Source: an uncultured Acidobacteriota bacterium
GTDB lineage: Bacteria; Acidobacteriota; UBA6911
DNA: 64,000 bases
Assembly: GCA_963827655.1 (NCBI GenBank)
Contig: CAWHCF010000023.1
Location: 256,001-320,000, forward strand
Direction: 5' to 3'
The notes below the pieces were generated by a model. The model was not told where the DNA came from. It saw nothing but the letters and a program-made list of their open reading frames with translations, and searched no databases. Made by a program: the position numbers and the translations under genes. Shown piece by piece: positions 9,144-19,680 of the stretch; position 1 is the first letter of the stretch, and the number at the start of each line of letters is the position of its first letter.

Positions 9144-10683
9144 AGAGAATGTCGTGAATCACTCGGCCCGCAACATCGGTCAAGCGCATTTCGCGGCCGC
9201 TGAAGTGATAGGTCAGCCTGGTGTGGTCCAGGCCTAACAAGTGAAGAATCGTGGCGTGCAGGTCGTGGACGTGCACCTTATTCTCGATGGCAAAATAGCC
9301 GTATTCGTCGGTTGCGCCATAGATCGTTCCTCCCTTGACGCCTCCGCCGGCCAGCCACATGGTAAAACCGAAGGGGTTATGATCCCGGCCAACCTCCTTT
9401 ACGTAGCCCTCGTCCGGCAGCTGCGCGGTCGGCGTCCTCCCGAACTCCCCTCCCCAAAGCACCAGTGTCTCACCCAGCAGACCGCGAGTCTTCAGGTCCT
9501 TCAGGAGCGCGGCAATCGGCTTGTCGACCGCCTGCGCGTTGACTCGATGACCTGTCTCCAGGCTGCCGTGTTGATCCCACCGGTCGATGCCCTTCCTCGA
9601 GGGGGGAAGCAGTTCGACAAATCGCACCCCTCGCTCAACCATGCGGCGCGCCAGCAGGCACTGCCGGCCGAATTCTTCCGTATCCGGCTCGTCCAGCCCG
9701 TAGAGTTTCCGCGTGGCTTCCGATTCACTCTTCAGGTCCAACAATTCGGGGACTCCGGCCTGCATGCGGAACGCAAGCTCGTAGTTGGAAATCGTGGCTT
9801 CGAGCTCGCTTACCGCGCCCAGACGATCGAGCACACCCTGGTTGAGTTTGCCGAGGAGGCCGAGTTTGTTCGTCTGCAGCTCGGGGGCTTTCTCTCGCGC
9901 CTGGATATCCGCGATGGGATGCTCGCCGCGCCTGAACAAGGTTCCCTGGTATGATGCGGGGAGGAATCCGCTGCCGAACAGGTCGAGACCGCCCGGCGGA
10001 ATCAAGCCGCTCTCGAGCACGGCGAACCCGGGGAGGTTGTCACACTCACTCCCCAGGCCATAGTTAACCCAGGCGCCCATACTGGGCCGCCCCTGAAAGC
10101 CCGAACCGGAATGCATGAAGTAGTTCCCTGCCGTGTGCTCTGAATGATCCGCTACCATGGAGCGGATTATGACCATGTCATCGACGCACGTGGCGAGGTT
10201 GGGAAAAAGCTCGCTGACCTCCGCTCCGCACTGGCCATATTTCTTGAACTTGTACGGCGAGGGGAGAATCTTGTTGCTGATATTGAAAACCGTCGTTGGC
10301 GTCTCAAAAGGTATGGCCCGCCCGCTCTCCTTTTCGAGCCGCGGCTTTGGATCAAACGTGTCGATCTGAGAGGGTCCGCCGTCCATGAACAGGAAGATGA
10401 CCGATTTTGCTTTCGGCGCGTAATGAGGCGGTCGCGGAGCCAGAGGATTTCCGGCGCGAGCGGATGCTGCAGCGGCGAACTTGTCCGCCAGCAGATAAGC
10501 CAGCGCCAGCCCGCCAAAACCGTTGGCACACCGGCACAGCATTTCTCTGCGGCTCACTCCAGGCCTGGAAAGATCGACTCTATGGATTGACGATTTACGA
10601 TTGACGATTGACGATTGAATCCTACTTTCCTCAATCGTCAATCGTAAATCGTCAATCGTAAATCCCTTCGGATTACCGGACAT
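9142..10683 (-). CDS. DUF1501 domain protein (alkaline phosphatase/sulfatase-like)
   Basis: SRREML, AKSVIFLFMDGGPSQIDTFDPKP, WDQH, GEFGRTP and GRDH motifs. ATG 10683 overlaps the upstream stop region. Confidence 0.9.
   Translation of the reverse strand: MSGNPKGFTIDDLRLTIEESRIQSSIVNRKSSIHRVDLSRPGVSRREMLCRCANGFGGLALAYLLADKFAAAASARAGNPLAPRPPHYAPKAKSVIFLFMDGGPSQIDTFDPKPRLEKESGRAIPFETPTTVFNISNKILPSPYKFKKYGQCGAEVSELFPNLATCVDDMVIIRSMVADHSEHTAGNYFMHSGSGFQGRPSMGAWVNYGLGSECDNLPGFAVLESGLIPPGGLDLFGSGFLPASYQGTLFRRGEHPIADIQAREKAPELQTNKLGLLGKLNQGVLDRLGAVSELEATISNYELAFRMQAGVPELLDLKSESEATRKLYGLDEPDTEEFGRQCLLARRMVERGVRFVELLPPSRKGIDRWDQHGSLETGHRVNAQAVDKPIAALLKDLKTRGLLGETLVLWGGEFGRTPTAQLPDEGYVKEVGRDHNPFGFTMWLAGGGVKGGTIYGATDEYGYFAIENKVHVHDLHATILHLLGLDHTRLTYHFSGREMRLTDVAGRVIHDIL
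10585..10664. repeat. Palindromic heptamer array (GATTGAC)n-loop-(GTCAATC)n
   Basis: About 5 units per arm with a 12-nt loop. Single arms also occur at 54720-54753 and 58729-58750. Confidence 0.9.
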
Positions 10684-13600
10684 AGATGAACTCCGCCGAG
10701 TTGAGCAAAACATGGCACAGATCCGCCCACGCTTCACGGGACTCATCCCCGGTGCCGCCCGAACCGGAGAGATCCCGATACCTCGCGGCTTGCGATTCGA
10801 CGAACTGCAGGGCTTGCGCTATTTCCACGTTCTCCGGAGGCCGGCCAAAACCCGTCAGGTAAAGTCGTTCCACACGCTTCCGGTTGTCGTCTTCGGCGCC
10901 CATGATCCGGCGCGCCCATTCCCGCGCTTCAAGCGCAACCAATTCGTTGTTCATCATCAAGAGAGCCTGCGTCGGCACGGTTGAAACACTGCGGTTCCCG
11001 ATGGTCGAGATGGGAAGCGGGTAATCAAAAGCCAGGAACATGGGTGTAATGAAGTTTCGACGCACTTGAATGTAGACACTGCGTCTCCCGGCCCCGTCCA
11101 GCGGTCCCGATTCAGGCTTCCCTCGACCATCCTGATACTTGCTGATATGGGGCGGCACGCCCGGCCCGAACAGTTTCCCATCAAGCGTTCCCGCAACAGC
11201 GAGAATGGAATCGCGGATGACCTCGGCCTCCAGCCGCCGCACCGGCATGTGATGAAGGAGCTTGTTTTCGGGGTCGATCCCGGCAGCGGCTGTGTCGGCC
11301 TGGCTCGACATGCGATACGTGCTGCTCAGCAGGATCCTGCGCTGGATGGACTTCACCGACCATCCGCCTTCCCGGAATTGATGAGCAAGGTAGTCCAGCA
11401 ACTCCGGGTGGGTAGGACGATCTCCGGTTTTTCCGAAATTATCGGTCGAGCGAACAATTCCAGAGCCGAAGTGATGCTTCCAGACCCGATTGACCATGAC
11501 CCGCGCTGACAGTGAATTCGCCGGGTTTGAAACCCATTCGGCCAGCTGCAATCGTCCGCTCTGCTGAGCGACGGCGGGCTGATCGCGGCCCGCAATTACT
11601 TGCAGGAAACGCCGGGGGACTTCCTCTCCCAGGGTCTTGTGGTTTCCTCGAAGGTGAATCCGAATGTTGCGGGGATTCTCATCGCGCGCGACCATGGCAA
11701 ATGCAGATTCCGGCACCTCCCTCTCCAGCTCTGACCGGCGATTCTGAAGTTCGGCCAGCTTCGCCAGCTCCTGACCGGAAAGCAGGCAGGCAAGGTCTTC
11801 CAGTTTCCTCGTCGGACTGAACGCTGAGACCGTCCGGCGCGCGTCGTTATCCAACGTTCCGGTTCGCGCCCATGCGCTGCTGAATAGCTTCTGGTAGGCC
11901 TCCGCCAGCGCCTCCAGAGTCGTCACATCGGGCGTCCGGAGCAGCGACTCCACAAGCGCATTCGGGGGCGAAGTTTCGGACGGAGGTTGCTTCGAATCGG
12001 AGAGGACGATCTTGTCGACAGCGATATGACCCTCACGGCTGCGATCGACGATCTCAAAATAGCAGATCCGCCCGATCTCTTTCGTCAACCGCATCGTCTT
12101 CCACTGAAAATCGGGATTCCCGTCCGGCACGACGTGCAGGCTCTTGTGGCTATCGGCCACGATCGTAAGACGCAGCCTGGCCTTGTCTCCCCTCTGTGGT
12201 TCCTTGCTTCCCGCGATGCGCGCGTGAAGATAAAGCTTCGGCACCTTGAATTTCACGGAAGTCAGACTGCCAACGAGTTTGTCGGAGCCGCTGCCGAACG
12301 AACTTGCCGAACTTTCGCCGCGAAAGCCGCGCAGCTCCTGATTGGGAGGGACTTCGCGCGTCGGCCCTTCGCCGAAAGCCTGACCCGAGGCGCTCCACGC
12401 CTGATAGTCCGAGGCTTCGAAATCTTCGTAGAGAATCTCCTCCGAGGCCTTGCCATCGGCCGGCCTCACGCCGACTCGCTCGCTGAGACGTTTGCGGATA
12501 AGCGCCCAGTGCATCTGCGAAGGAAACGCCCTCCCTTGCCATATGCTCCACCGCCGCGGCGAACGGATAAAACAGGTGATCGGTTTCCTTTTGGGCCTGC
12601 TCAAGAGAACTTACCCAGGCTCGCAGCAACGCCTCATTCAGGCCGCCGGCCTTGGCCAATTGTTCCTCGCGCGACTTCTGTCCGTCTTTTTCTGAAGTGA
12701 GCACCCCGGCTGCCGCCACGAGGTAATCCTTCATCCGCTCCGCCAGCCTGGCCTGGGCCGGTTGAATCATCTCTCTGATCTGGTCGTTTGCATCTGAGAT
12801 CTTCCGGCGCAGCGAGGCAATCTGTCGAGAGCGCGCGGGCGCATCCACGACAGCCTCGGTGACGTCGGTGCTATGCATCATGCCGGCCAGGGCGTAATAG
12901 TCGGAGGTGGGGATGGGATCGAATTTGTGGTCGTGACAGCGGGCGCAGGCCACGGTCAAGCCCAAAAAGGCCTTGCTCAGAACATCGATCTGATTGTCCA
13001 CCTGGTCGGCGCGGGATTTCACCGAATCGGTCGCGCTGTTGAGCACCTCGCCAAACCAGTAGAAATTGGTGCCGAGGGGGGATTCCCAATAAGATCCGTC
13101 GGAACTGATCCGCTTTTCGGCTATGAGGTCTCCGGCGATGTGTTCCCTGACGAACTGATTGTAGGGAACATCATCGTTGAAAGCCCGAATGACGTAGTCC
13201 CGATAACGCCAGGCATCGAGCTTGTCATTGTCAAACTCGTGGCCGTTGGTTTCGGCAAAGCGCATCAGGTCGAGCCAGTGTCGTCCCCAGCGTTCGCCGT
13301 AATGAGGGGAAGCAAGGAGTCGATCCACTACCTTTTCGTATGCGCCGGCGGAATCATCCGACAAGAAGGTGTCGATCTCCTCGGGAGCCGGCGGCAAGCC
13401 GATCAAGTCAAAAGTGACACGACGGATCCAGGTACGCTTGTCGGCCGGCGGCGCAGGCTTCAGGCCTTTCTCCTCCAGTTTTGCGAGAATGAACCGATCG
13501 ATGGGAGAACTGGGCCAATCGCTCTGCTTGACAGTCGGTAGAGGCGGATTCTGAATCGGTTTGAAAGCCCAGAATTTCCGGCCCTCCTCCAGATCGATGC

Positions 13601-14042
13601 CCTTACGCTCCGCTTCCGTGGCCGGCACAGCTGCGGCAGTACGCGGGTCCGGAGCTCCCATCTTGATCCAGTCGATCAAGTCGGCGATCTGCTCGTCGGG
13701 CAGCTTGCCGTTGGGCGGCATCTTCAGATCGAGGTGCCTGTAGGAAATCGCCTGGATGAGAAGGCTTTTTTCCGGATCTCCGGGAACGATCGCCGGTCCT
13801 CGATCGCCTCCCTTCAGGAGACTGTCCCGAGCGTCCAACCGGAGGCCCCCCATCGGCGGTTTCGATGATGCGCTGTGGCAGAGATAGCACTTCTCAACCA
13901 GGACGGGGCGGATTTTCTTCTCGAAGAACTCCTCCTGCTGGGGATTTCCTGCGACTTCCACGTGCGAGTAAGGGAAAAGCAGGGCTGTGGCTAAAGCCAG
14001 TGCGGAAGCAAAGAATCCGAGTGCGGACCGAAGATTGCGCAT
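10673..14042 (-). CDS. Planctomycete cytochrome c + DUF1549 + DUF1553 (PSD1) protein, frameshift near 12506
   Basis: CYLCH heme motif, YGERWGRHWLD, CARCHDHKFDP, ARVMVNRVWKHHFG and THPELLDYLA. Two ORFs join at a CTGGGCGCT run. Confidence 0.85.
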
Positions 14043-14238
14043 GAGGCGATGTTTTTTTGTTACCAGCCGACTTCCGTTAGCGGTCAGTAGTATCCCACGA
14101 ATCAGCGTTCCAGGCGAGGCATAATAGGCCACCACCAAGCCGCGAAGACGCCAAGGAATACAAAGGCGACCCTAGCGCGGCCTGATGCCTTCGATCGCGA
14201 CAGACTGATGTATGATAGGGTAACCGAGAAGATTACAA

Positions 14239-14586
14239 GTGAACGATACGACTTCCACGATTAACGACAGAGCCCAGGAAATAATCGGCGAGATGGTTCG
14301 CCGCATCGTTGAGCGCTTCCACCCGGAGAAGATCATCCTCTTCGGCTCGTACGCTCGCGGGACTGCGGGACCGGATAGCGATGTGGACCTTCTGGTCGTG
14401 ATGCCGGTTTCGGGGTCGAGAAGGAAGCTCGCTGGCGAAATTCAAACGGCAATTTCCGGAATGGGTCTCCCGAAAGATGTGATCGTCGTTACTCCAGAAG
14501 AAGTCGAGCGCGATCGCAATCTTGTCGGCACAATCATTCATCCGGCCTTGCGCGAGGGGAAAGTGCTCCATGACCGTTCCGTCTGA
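14239..14586 (+). CDS. Minimal nucleotidyltransferase (MNT antitoxin-like)
   Basis: IILFGSYARG...DSDVDLLVV motif; 115 aa. Confidence 0.9.
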   Translation: MNDTTSTINDRAQEIIGEMVRRIVERFHPEKIILFGSYARGTAGPDSDVDLLVVMPVSGSRRKLAGEIQTAISGMGLPKDVIVVTPEEVERDRNLVGTIIHPALREGKVLHDRSV

Positions 14587-14620
14587 GCTTTTGGAAGCGG
14601 TCAGAACCTGGATCAAGAAC
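14570..14620 (+). pseudogene. Probable 5' remnant of a HEPN toxin gene
   Basis: An ATG overlapping the MNT 3' end gives MTVPSELLEAVRTWIK, resembling HEPN N-termini, then the frame runs into a repeat cluster. Confidence 0.45.
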
Positions 14621-14639
14621 ACACCGGGGCGTCCGTTAG

Positions 14640-14810
14640 GATGCTTCGCGTTTCTTGGTGTCTTCGAGTCTTCGTGGTTAGTGCGGCGGAACAAAACCAA
14701 CCACGAAGACACGAAGGCACGAAGAACCACTAAGAGCACTTTAGGTTACGCCTTCCGGGCCTCCTGCGTCGTAGCCGTAAGGTTGGTTTTGTTCTTGTCT
14801 TCGCGGTGAA
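14640..14810. repeat. Cluster of REP-like palindromes
   Basis: CTTCGCGTTTCTT..TGTCTTCG..TTAGTGCGGCGG.ACAAAACCAACCACGAAGAC is nearly identical to 22983-23048. Confidence 0.8.
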
Positions 14811-14821
14811 CGACTAACCGG

Positions 14822-15338
14822 TTAAATGATCGGTCTGGTTCCTATCCAGAAGATCAGGACATAGGCCACCCAGCCGATCAAGCACACGACGGCAGCGCGG
14901 GGGGTGCTCTGATAGTCCAGCGCCTGCCGCACGGCTATGATGTTGGCCACGAGCAACCAGACGGTGATCAGGAAAACCAGGAGCCACGCCGATAAGGGGG
15001 AGGATGCCTACAAACCGCAGTAATCCGGGGGCGCTGGCGAAACCGATCGTGCGCAGCATCTCCGGGATGTTCGATTTCGTCTGGGGCTCCGGCAGGAGCT
15101 TGGTGCCGATGAAATAAATCAGAACGGCCCAGATGGCCCACCCGATAAGCGACACGGCAGTCAGGCGCAACATCCCGGTGAAACCTCCAAGACCGTACGA
15201 GCCAAGGCCGGCAGCAAGGCTCGACAGTACGACGACCGCCATTGCCTGGCCGGTCGCCGCCGGGTCGCTCTCTACTTCTTCGAAGATTCGGACTTCCAGC
15301 TTTGCAGCCCCGATGACGCGTTCCCCGAAACTGGACAT
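14822..15338 (-). CDS. YIP1-family membrane protein (frameshift near 14985)
   Basis: FEEVE.D..AT.QA..VV and LRTIGFASAPG motifs. The shifted frame continues AVRQALDYQST.RA..VC.IGW to TAA 14822. Confidence 0.75.
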
Positions 15339-15380
15339 ACGCTTTCCTCCCTCTCTGTACTCTGATGGTAAGACGGTTTC

Positions 15381-18300
15381 TTAAGACGGCCTCAGCACAA
15401 GCACGGGAGTAATCCGCTCCAGGGTCGAAGGCCCGCCATGCGAGAAGGCTCTGCCGTCAAGCCCAAGGCGGAATCCATGATCTCCAAAAACGACGACCGG
15501 TTGGCCAGGGTCGAGCCGCGGGACTATTCTCCTGAGGCCGACCTCCAGCTCGGCGCGGGTAAGGCGCGCAAGACTGTCGAGATCGGATCTCCGATTATGA
15601 ATCAGAGTATCGATACCATCCAACTTCTCGAACGGTTTCTGCAAGCCCTCGTCGATAAGAGCGCGGTAGAACTCGTCGGTCGAGGTTTGACGCGAAACCA
15701 GACCGAATTCAATCGCCTCCATTTTCCAGCGCGCCAGGCAATCACGCAGGGTTTCACGCACAGTCGCGAGCAGCGGAAGACCGAGCGCGTCGATCACGAT
15801 CCATTGCGCATTGAGATGGCGCCGAAGCACGCTGGCAAGGAGGCAAGGGGAAGGCGACAGCTCGATCTCAGCCAGCTGGTTGAGCCGCGTCAGCCAGAGT
15901 TGCGGCCGCAACTCCAGGAACCGCTCGTTCTGCTGGTAAAGGCTCGAGACTTTTTCGGCCAGGATTTCCGGAGATGCCGGCTGTTGAGGAGCCAGGAGCT
16001 CTAACGCCGCCGCGACCGCACCCCGGGATGGCCGGGACTTCGGCGCAGGCACGAGCCCGTCCAGAACCATAGACAGGATACGCCGGACGGCCTCCTCGCC
16101 CAGCTCCATCTGCTCGAGCTTGAGGAGACTCTCTTCCGCCACCCACTTGGGTTCAATAAGACCGGCGATGATGGATTGCTCCGCAGGCGAAAGAACGGCG
16201 GGCAGCGGGGAGCCATGCCTGAGAGCTTGTTCCGCAGCCCAAGCCAGAAGGTCGGTTCCCCGGGCAGGCTCGCGTCTCCGAAAGGTGATGCGCGATCCCA
16301 GACTGCTCAAGAAGCGCTCCAGTTCTTCGAGCAGGGCCGATTTTTCCCACAGCCGTTCTCCCAGGAGATCCACAAGTGTTTCGGCGCAGACTGTTTGAAC
16401 CAATTCAACACCCGAGAGGTGCTGATCGAAGAGCGACAGGTTTTCAACATCGGGATAGCCGGCCTTTCCTTCCAGGTAAGAGAGGGCCTGGGTGTTCAGT
16501 TCGAGCTTCTGGTCCACCCATTCCTGAATCCGCATCTTTACCTTATCCTGCTGGAAAAAGAGCTCGAGCTCCTGCTCGAGCCGTTTCTCGGCCTTTTCAA
16601 AGCGGCTCAATGTTTCACCCAGCGGGCTTTCTCGTCCATCGAATCCGCAACGGCAGACAGGCTGGAAATCCAGGGGACTCATTCCGGCGCAGCGCTCGGC
16701 CTGGGCCTTGGCTTTCAGGCTCTGAAGCTCGCTCACCAGATCCTGGGCCGCGAGATGGCGGCTGCGCGCCATGCGTGGGATCTGGTAAGACCATACCGCA
16801 TGACGGCCCACCGACTCGCGCCACTCTTCGTGGCGCCGGCGGTACCAGTGCCGGTATTTTTCATACACGGCTTGAGCCTGCGTCAACCACGCTTCGAGCT
16901 TTTCCGGCTGGGCCAGCGCGGGAGCCGGGCCCAGTGTCTCGAAGCCGGCGCGAACGCCCGGATCTTCGCAACCCGACAGGGAGGGATAGCCGAACAGGTG
17001 GCGGAAGCGCTGCGCTTCACGAAGGAGCTTCTCGAAGCGCGGCGGCAACGTCATCATCTCGCGCGCCTCGTTAACGAAGCGCGGGGGCGATCCTATGGCA
17101 AAAAGGAAATGCTGCAAGCCTTGCAGTTCATGCTCGCCCTTTTCCAGCGCCAGCCACGCGGCGATCAGCTTCTCAACCCGGTCGCTCAGGTCGCCGGTCT
17201 CTTGCTCCCTCTGCAGCTGAGCCAGAAAATCACCGAGCCGGTCCCGCTGGCTGCCGCCGAATTTTCGCAGCTGTTCGATCGCGCGCTTCTGCGCCAGCAC
17301 GGTCCACTGTTTGGGAATCGAGACATCGAAACCTTCACACAAGACTTCGAGGTCGCGAAGCTGGTTGAGAGTCAGGGCGCGGCCGGGGACGATCTTGTCG
17401 TATTGCAGTGGCTTGATCAGCGTCTGGTAAATCTCCCGATAGGAACGCTGCCCCTTGAGGATATCGATTTCCCCCTGGATCAGGAGAGTCAATAACAGCA
17501 GATGGATCTGATCCGGCACCAGGCCATAAACCGGGCCGGCGAGATTCTGATAAATGCGAGCCGGCGAGGGATGGTGTTCGAGAATAGGAGCGATCAGCCG
17601 GACCAGCTCGTGGCCGTCGAGCCTGGGATTCATCGCGTAGTCGGCCCCGCGCCGCTGCATCAAGCGCATCGGAACCAGGTAGGCCTCGCGGATCAGTTTC
17701 ACGAATTCGGGCGCCTCTTCCGCGCCCAGGTCGTGCTCGGTCGAGTACTTCATGAATTGACGGTACGCTTCCTTGGGGAGCGGGCCGTGGCTGGGAGCGA
17801 ATCGCTCGAAGAGCGGATAGGTCTGTCTCAGCAACCATTCACCGTAGGCGTTGAGCCACGCGGTTTGTCCCCCTTGCATCGCATCGATCGGCGCGCCTGT
17901 CTGGGCGCCGGTCGGATCGAACACAGCCGCATCGTTGTAGGCGGCGCGCACCAGAGAGGAAAACCAGGAGCTTCGCCCGGCAATGCGTTCCCCAACCTGC
18001 TGGAGCACGCGACCAGCCAACGGGCGCTCCCGCAGTTGATACAGCGCCGCCAGCTCGAGCACCTCGGGGCCGAGTTCCAGCTTTCGTGGCACAATCCTGA
18101 AACACCCGGTTCCTTCGGCCGGTGGCCCCCAGGGAATGCCAATTTGAAGGGCCGGACCGGCGGCTTCCGGCGGAGTGCCGCCGCCTAGATAGAACTGCAC
18201 CTCACGGTCGTGGAAGTACCAGCGCAGGTTGCGAGCATGCCAGCGATCCCGCGGGAGCGTAAAAGGATTAAAATCCGATCGCGCCAGGCTCTCGAGCAGG

Positions 18301-19664
18301 GTCTCAAAGACCGCATCGCCGCGAGTCTTCAATTCCTCCACGCTGCGTGCAATCAATCGGTCCAGGGACTCGCGGCTTTCGCCTTCCAGGTCGAGCGCGT
18401 AGCGCGGCCCCTTGCGCTTGAGGAAAGCCCCTTGTTCCACCAGCGTATCGAGAATCCGCTTGCAGATCTCCCGGTTCCGGGCTGGATCGAGCTTCGACAC
18501 TTTCAACAAAAGCCACTGGGCCGCTTCCCCGGCATCGAGCTGCTCGCGGCGCGGGGAGAGGTGGACGAGGATCAACAGCTTCAGCAGGCGCCAGGCGAGC
18601 TCCTGCTCAGGCTTCCGGGCGAACAGCGACGGTATCTGCTTCCGGTAATACGGGAGCAGCTTTTGACCCAGGGGCAAGAACTCCGGCTGAATCTCGAACA
18701 GGTCGGCAAAATGGTCGGCGATACAGTCCGGCGTTATGAGCTGCCCCCAGGGTTCATCAAGAAACGGCTGTATACCCCGGGCTTCGTTGCCCAGCAACCG
18801 AGTCAAGGTAAAATCGATGATGCCGCGCGCCTGCGAAAAGCGATCGCGCACCTCTTCGAGCAGTTCCAGGGTGGTTGGATGAAGCGGATAGATTTCGCAA
18901 AACTCGGCGAAATTTACCGAGTCCTTCGGATAAACTTCCATCAGCTCCTTGGCGAGACGCGCTACGGCGGTCGAGTACGACGGCTTCTTGCGCAGAATGC
19001 GCTGCGCGATCAGGTCCTTGACATGGGCGGGAGTGAGCAGGAAGCGGATCGGGTACCGGTCTCTGATCTTGCGGTAAAGGTCATACTCCATTTCGCCGGC
19101 GTGCTCGATCTGCTCCTGAATCGCGCCCAGAACCCACAAGGAATGAGACTGGGCCCATTCGCCCAGGAACTGAAGGAACCTGAGATCTTCGTTGAAGCTC
19201 TGGGGAGAGGGCTTGGAGCGCAGAAACTCGGATAGTTCATCGAGAATCAAAACCAGACCCTGGGGGTATCGTTGCTGGATTCCTTTCCAGCTCACGCGCC
19301 GGTCTGATTGCTCGTGTGTGGCCCCGAGCGCCTCGTTCAGTATGGATTCGAGCGACTGCGAGGATCGATAGTGCAGCAGCGACAGCGCCAGCACCGCAGG
19401 GTTGCGGGAAACAAAAGCGCTGCCTTCGAGCTGCTGGGTCAGGTAAGCCAGGAAATGCGACTTTCCCGCGCCGTAGTGGCCGATCAGGAAAATGCCGCAA
19501 CCGGTTTCCTTGGCAAGCAGGAGTCTGAGCGACTGAAAATGCCGTTCGACTTCTTCGGTAATATAGTATCGATCGCTGATCCAGGAGGAATCGGCCTCCT
19601 TGAGTTGATCGAGGCGCACCACAGTGGGCTGCGCCAAAACGTCGACGTGGTCGCGAATCTTCAA
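15381..19664 (-). CDS. DUF6079/BrxC-PglY-like P-loop ATPase fused to a C-terminal PglZ-like (alkaline phosphatase superfamily) domain
   Basis: Walker A GHYGAGKS, Walker B LILDELSEFL, IQE, KIRDRY and YPLHP; Cys cluster C-x11-CxC; C-terminal IDALG, TST, DTLIH, GDHGF and SHGG..E...P. Confidence 0.75.
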   Translation of the reverse strand: MKIRDHVDVLAQPTVVRLDQLKEADSSWISDRYYITEEVERHFQSLRLLLAKETGCGIFLIGHYGAGKSHFLAYLTQQLEGSAFVSRNPAVLALSLLHYRSSQSLESILNEALGATHEQSDRRVSWKGIQQRYPQGLVLILDELSEFLRSKPSPQSFNEDLRFLQFLGEWAQSHSLWVLGAIQEQIEHAGEMEYDLYRKIRDRYPIRFLLTPAHVKDLIAQRILRKKPSYSTAVARLAKELMEVYPKDSVNFAEFCEIYPLHPTTLELLEEVRDRFSQARGIIDFTLTRLLGNEARGIQPFLDEPWGQLITPDCIADHFADLFEIQPEFLPLGQKLLPYYRKQIPSLFARKPEQELAWRLLKLLILVHLSPRREQLDAGEAAQWLLLKVSKLDPARNREICKRILDTLVEQGAFLKRKGPRYALDLEGESRESLDRLIARSVEELKTRGDAVFETLLESLARSDFNPFTLPRDRWHARNLRWYFHDREVQFYLGGGTPPEAAGPALQIGIPWGPPAEGTGCFRIVPRKLELGPEVLELAALYQLRERPLAGRVLQQVGERIAGRSSWFSSLVRAAYNDAAVFDPTGAQTGAPIDAMQGGQTAWLNAYGEWLLRQTYPLFERFAPSHGPLPKEAYRQFMKYSTEHDLGAEEAPEFVKLIREAYLVPMRLMQRRGADYAMNPRLDGHELVRLIAPILEHHPSPARIYQNLAGPVYGLVPDQIHLLLLTLLIQGEIDILKGQRSYREIYQTLIKPLQYDKIVPGRALTLNQLRDLEVLCEGFDVSIPKQWTVLAQKRAIEQLRKFGGSQRDRLGDFLAQLQREQETGDLSDRVEKLIAAWLALEKGEHELQGLQHFLFAIGSPPRFVNEAREMMTLPPRFEKLLREAQRFRHLFGYPSLSGCEDPGVRAGFETLGPAPALAQPEKLEAWLTQAQAVYEKYRHWYRRRHEEWRESVGRHAVWSYQIPRMARSRHLAAQDLVSELQSLKAKAQAERCAGMSPLDFQPVCRCGFDGRESPLGETLSRFEKAEKRLEQELELFFQQDKVKMRIQEWVDQKLELNTQALSYLEGKAGYPDVENLSLFDQHLSGVELVQTVCAETLVDLLGERLWEKSALLEELERFLSSLGSRITFRRREPARGTDLLAWAAEQALRHGSPLPAVLSPAEQSIIAGLIEPKWVAEESLLKLEQMELGEEAVRRILSMVLDGLVPAPKSRPSRGAVAAALELLAPQQPASPEILAEKVSSLYQQNERFLELRPQLWLTRLNQLAEIELSPSPCLLASVLRRHLNAQWIVIDALGLPLLATVRETLRDCLARWKMEAIEFGLVSRQTSTDEFYRALIDEGLQKPFEKLDGIDTLIHNRRSDLDSLARLTRAELEVGLRRIVPRLDPGQPVVVFGDHGFRLGLDGRAFSHGGPSTLERITPVLVLRPS

Positions 19665-19680
19665 TAGGGACCTGCTCTAA

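Noticed and set aside
10585-10664. Tandem repeats as a CRISPR array
   Set aside because: They are 7-bp units with no unique spacers, and no cas genes are present.
16176-19235. Long antisense ORFs opposite real genes (also 34910-36538, 25728-26969)
   Set aside because: They are shadow ORFs typical of high-GC codon bias and show no recognisable motifs.
15381-19664. Calling the locus a canonical BREX system
   Set aside because: No methyltransferase, BrxA/B/F/L or separate full-length PglZ is found in the window.
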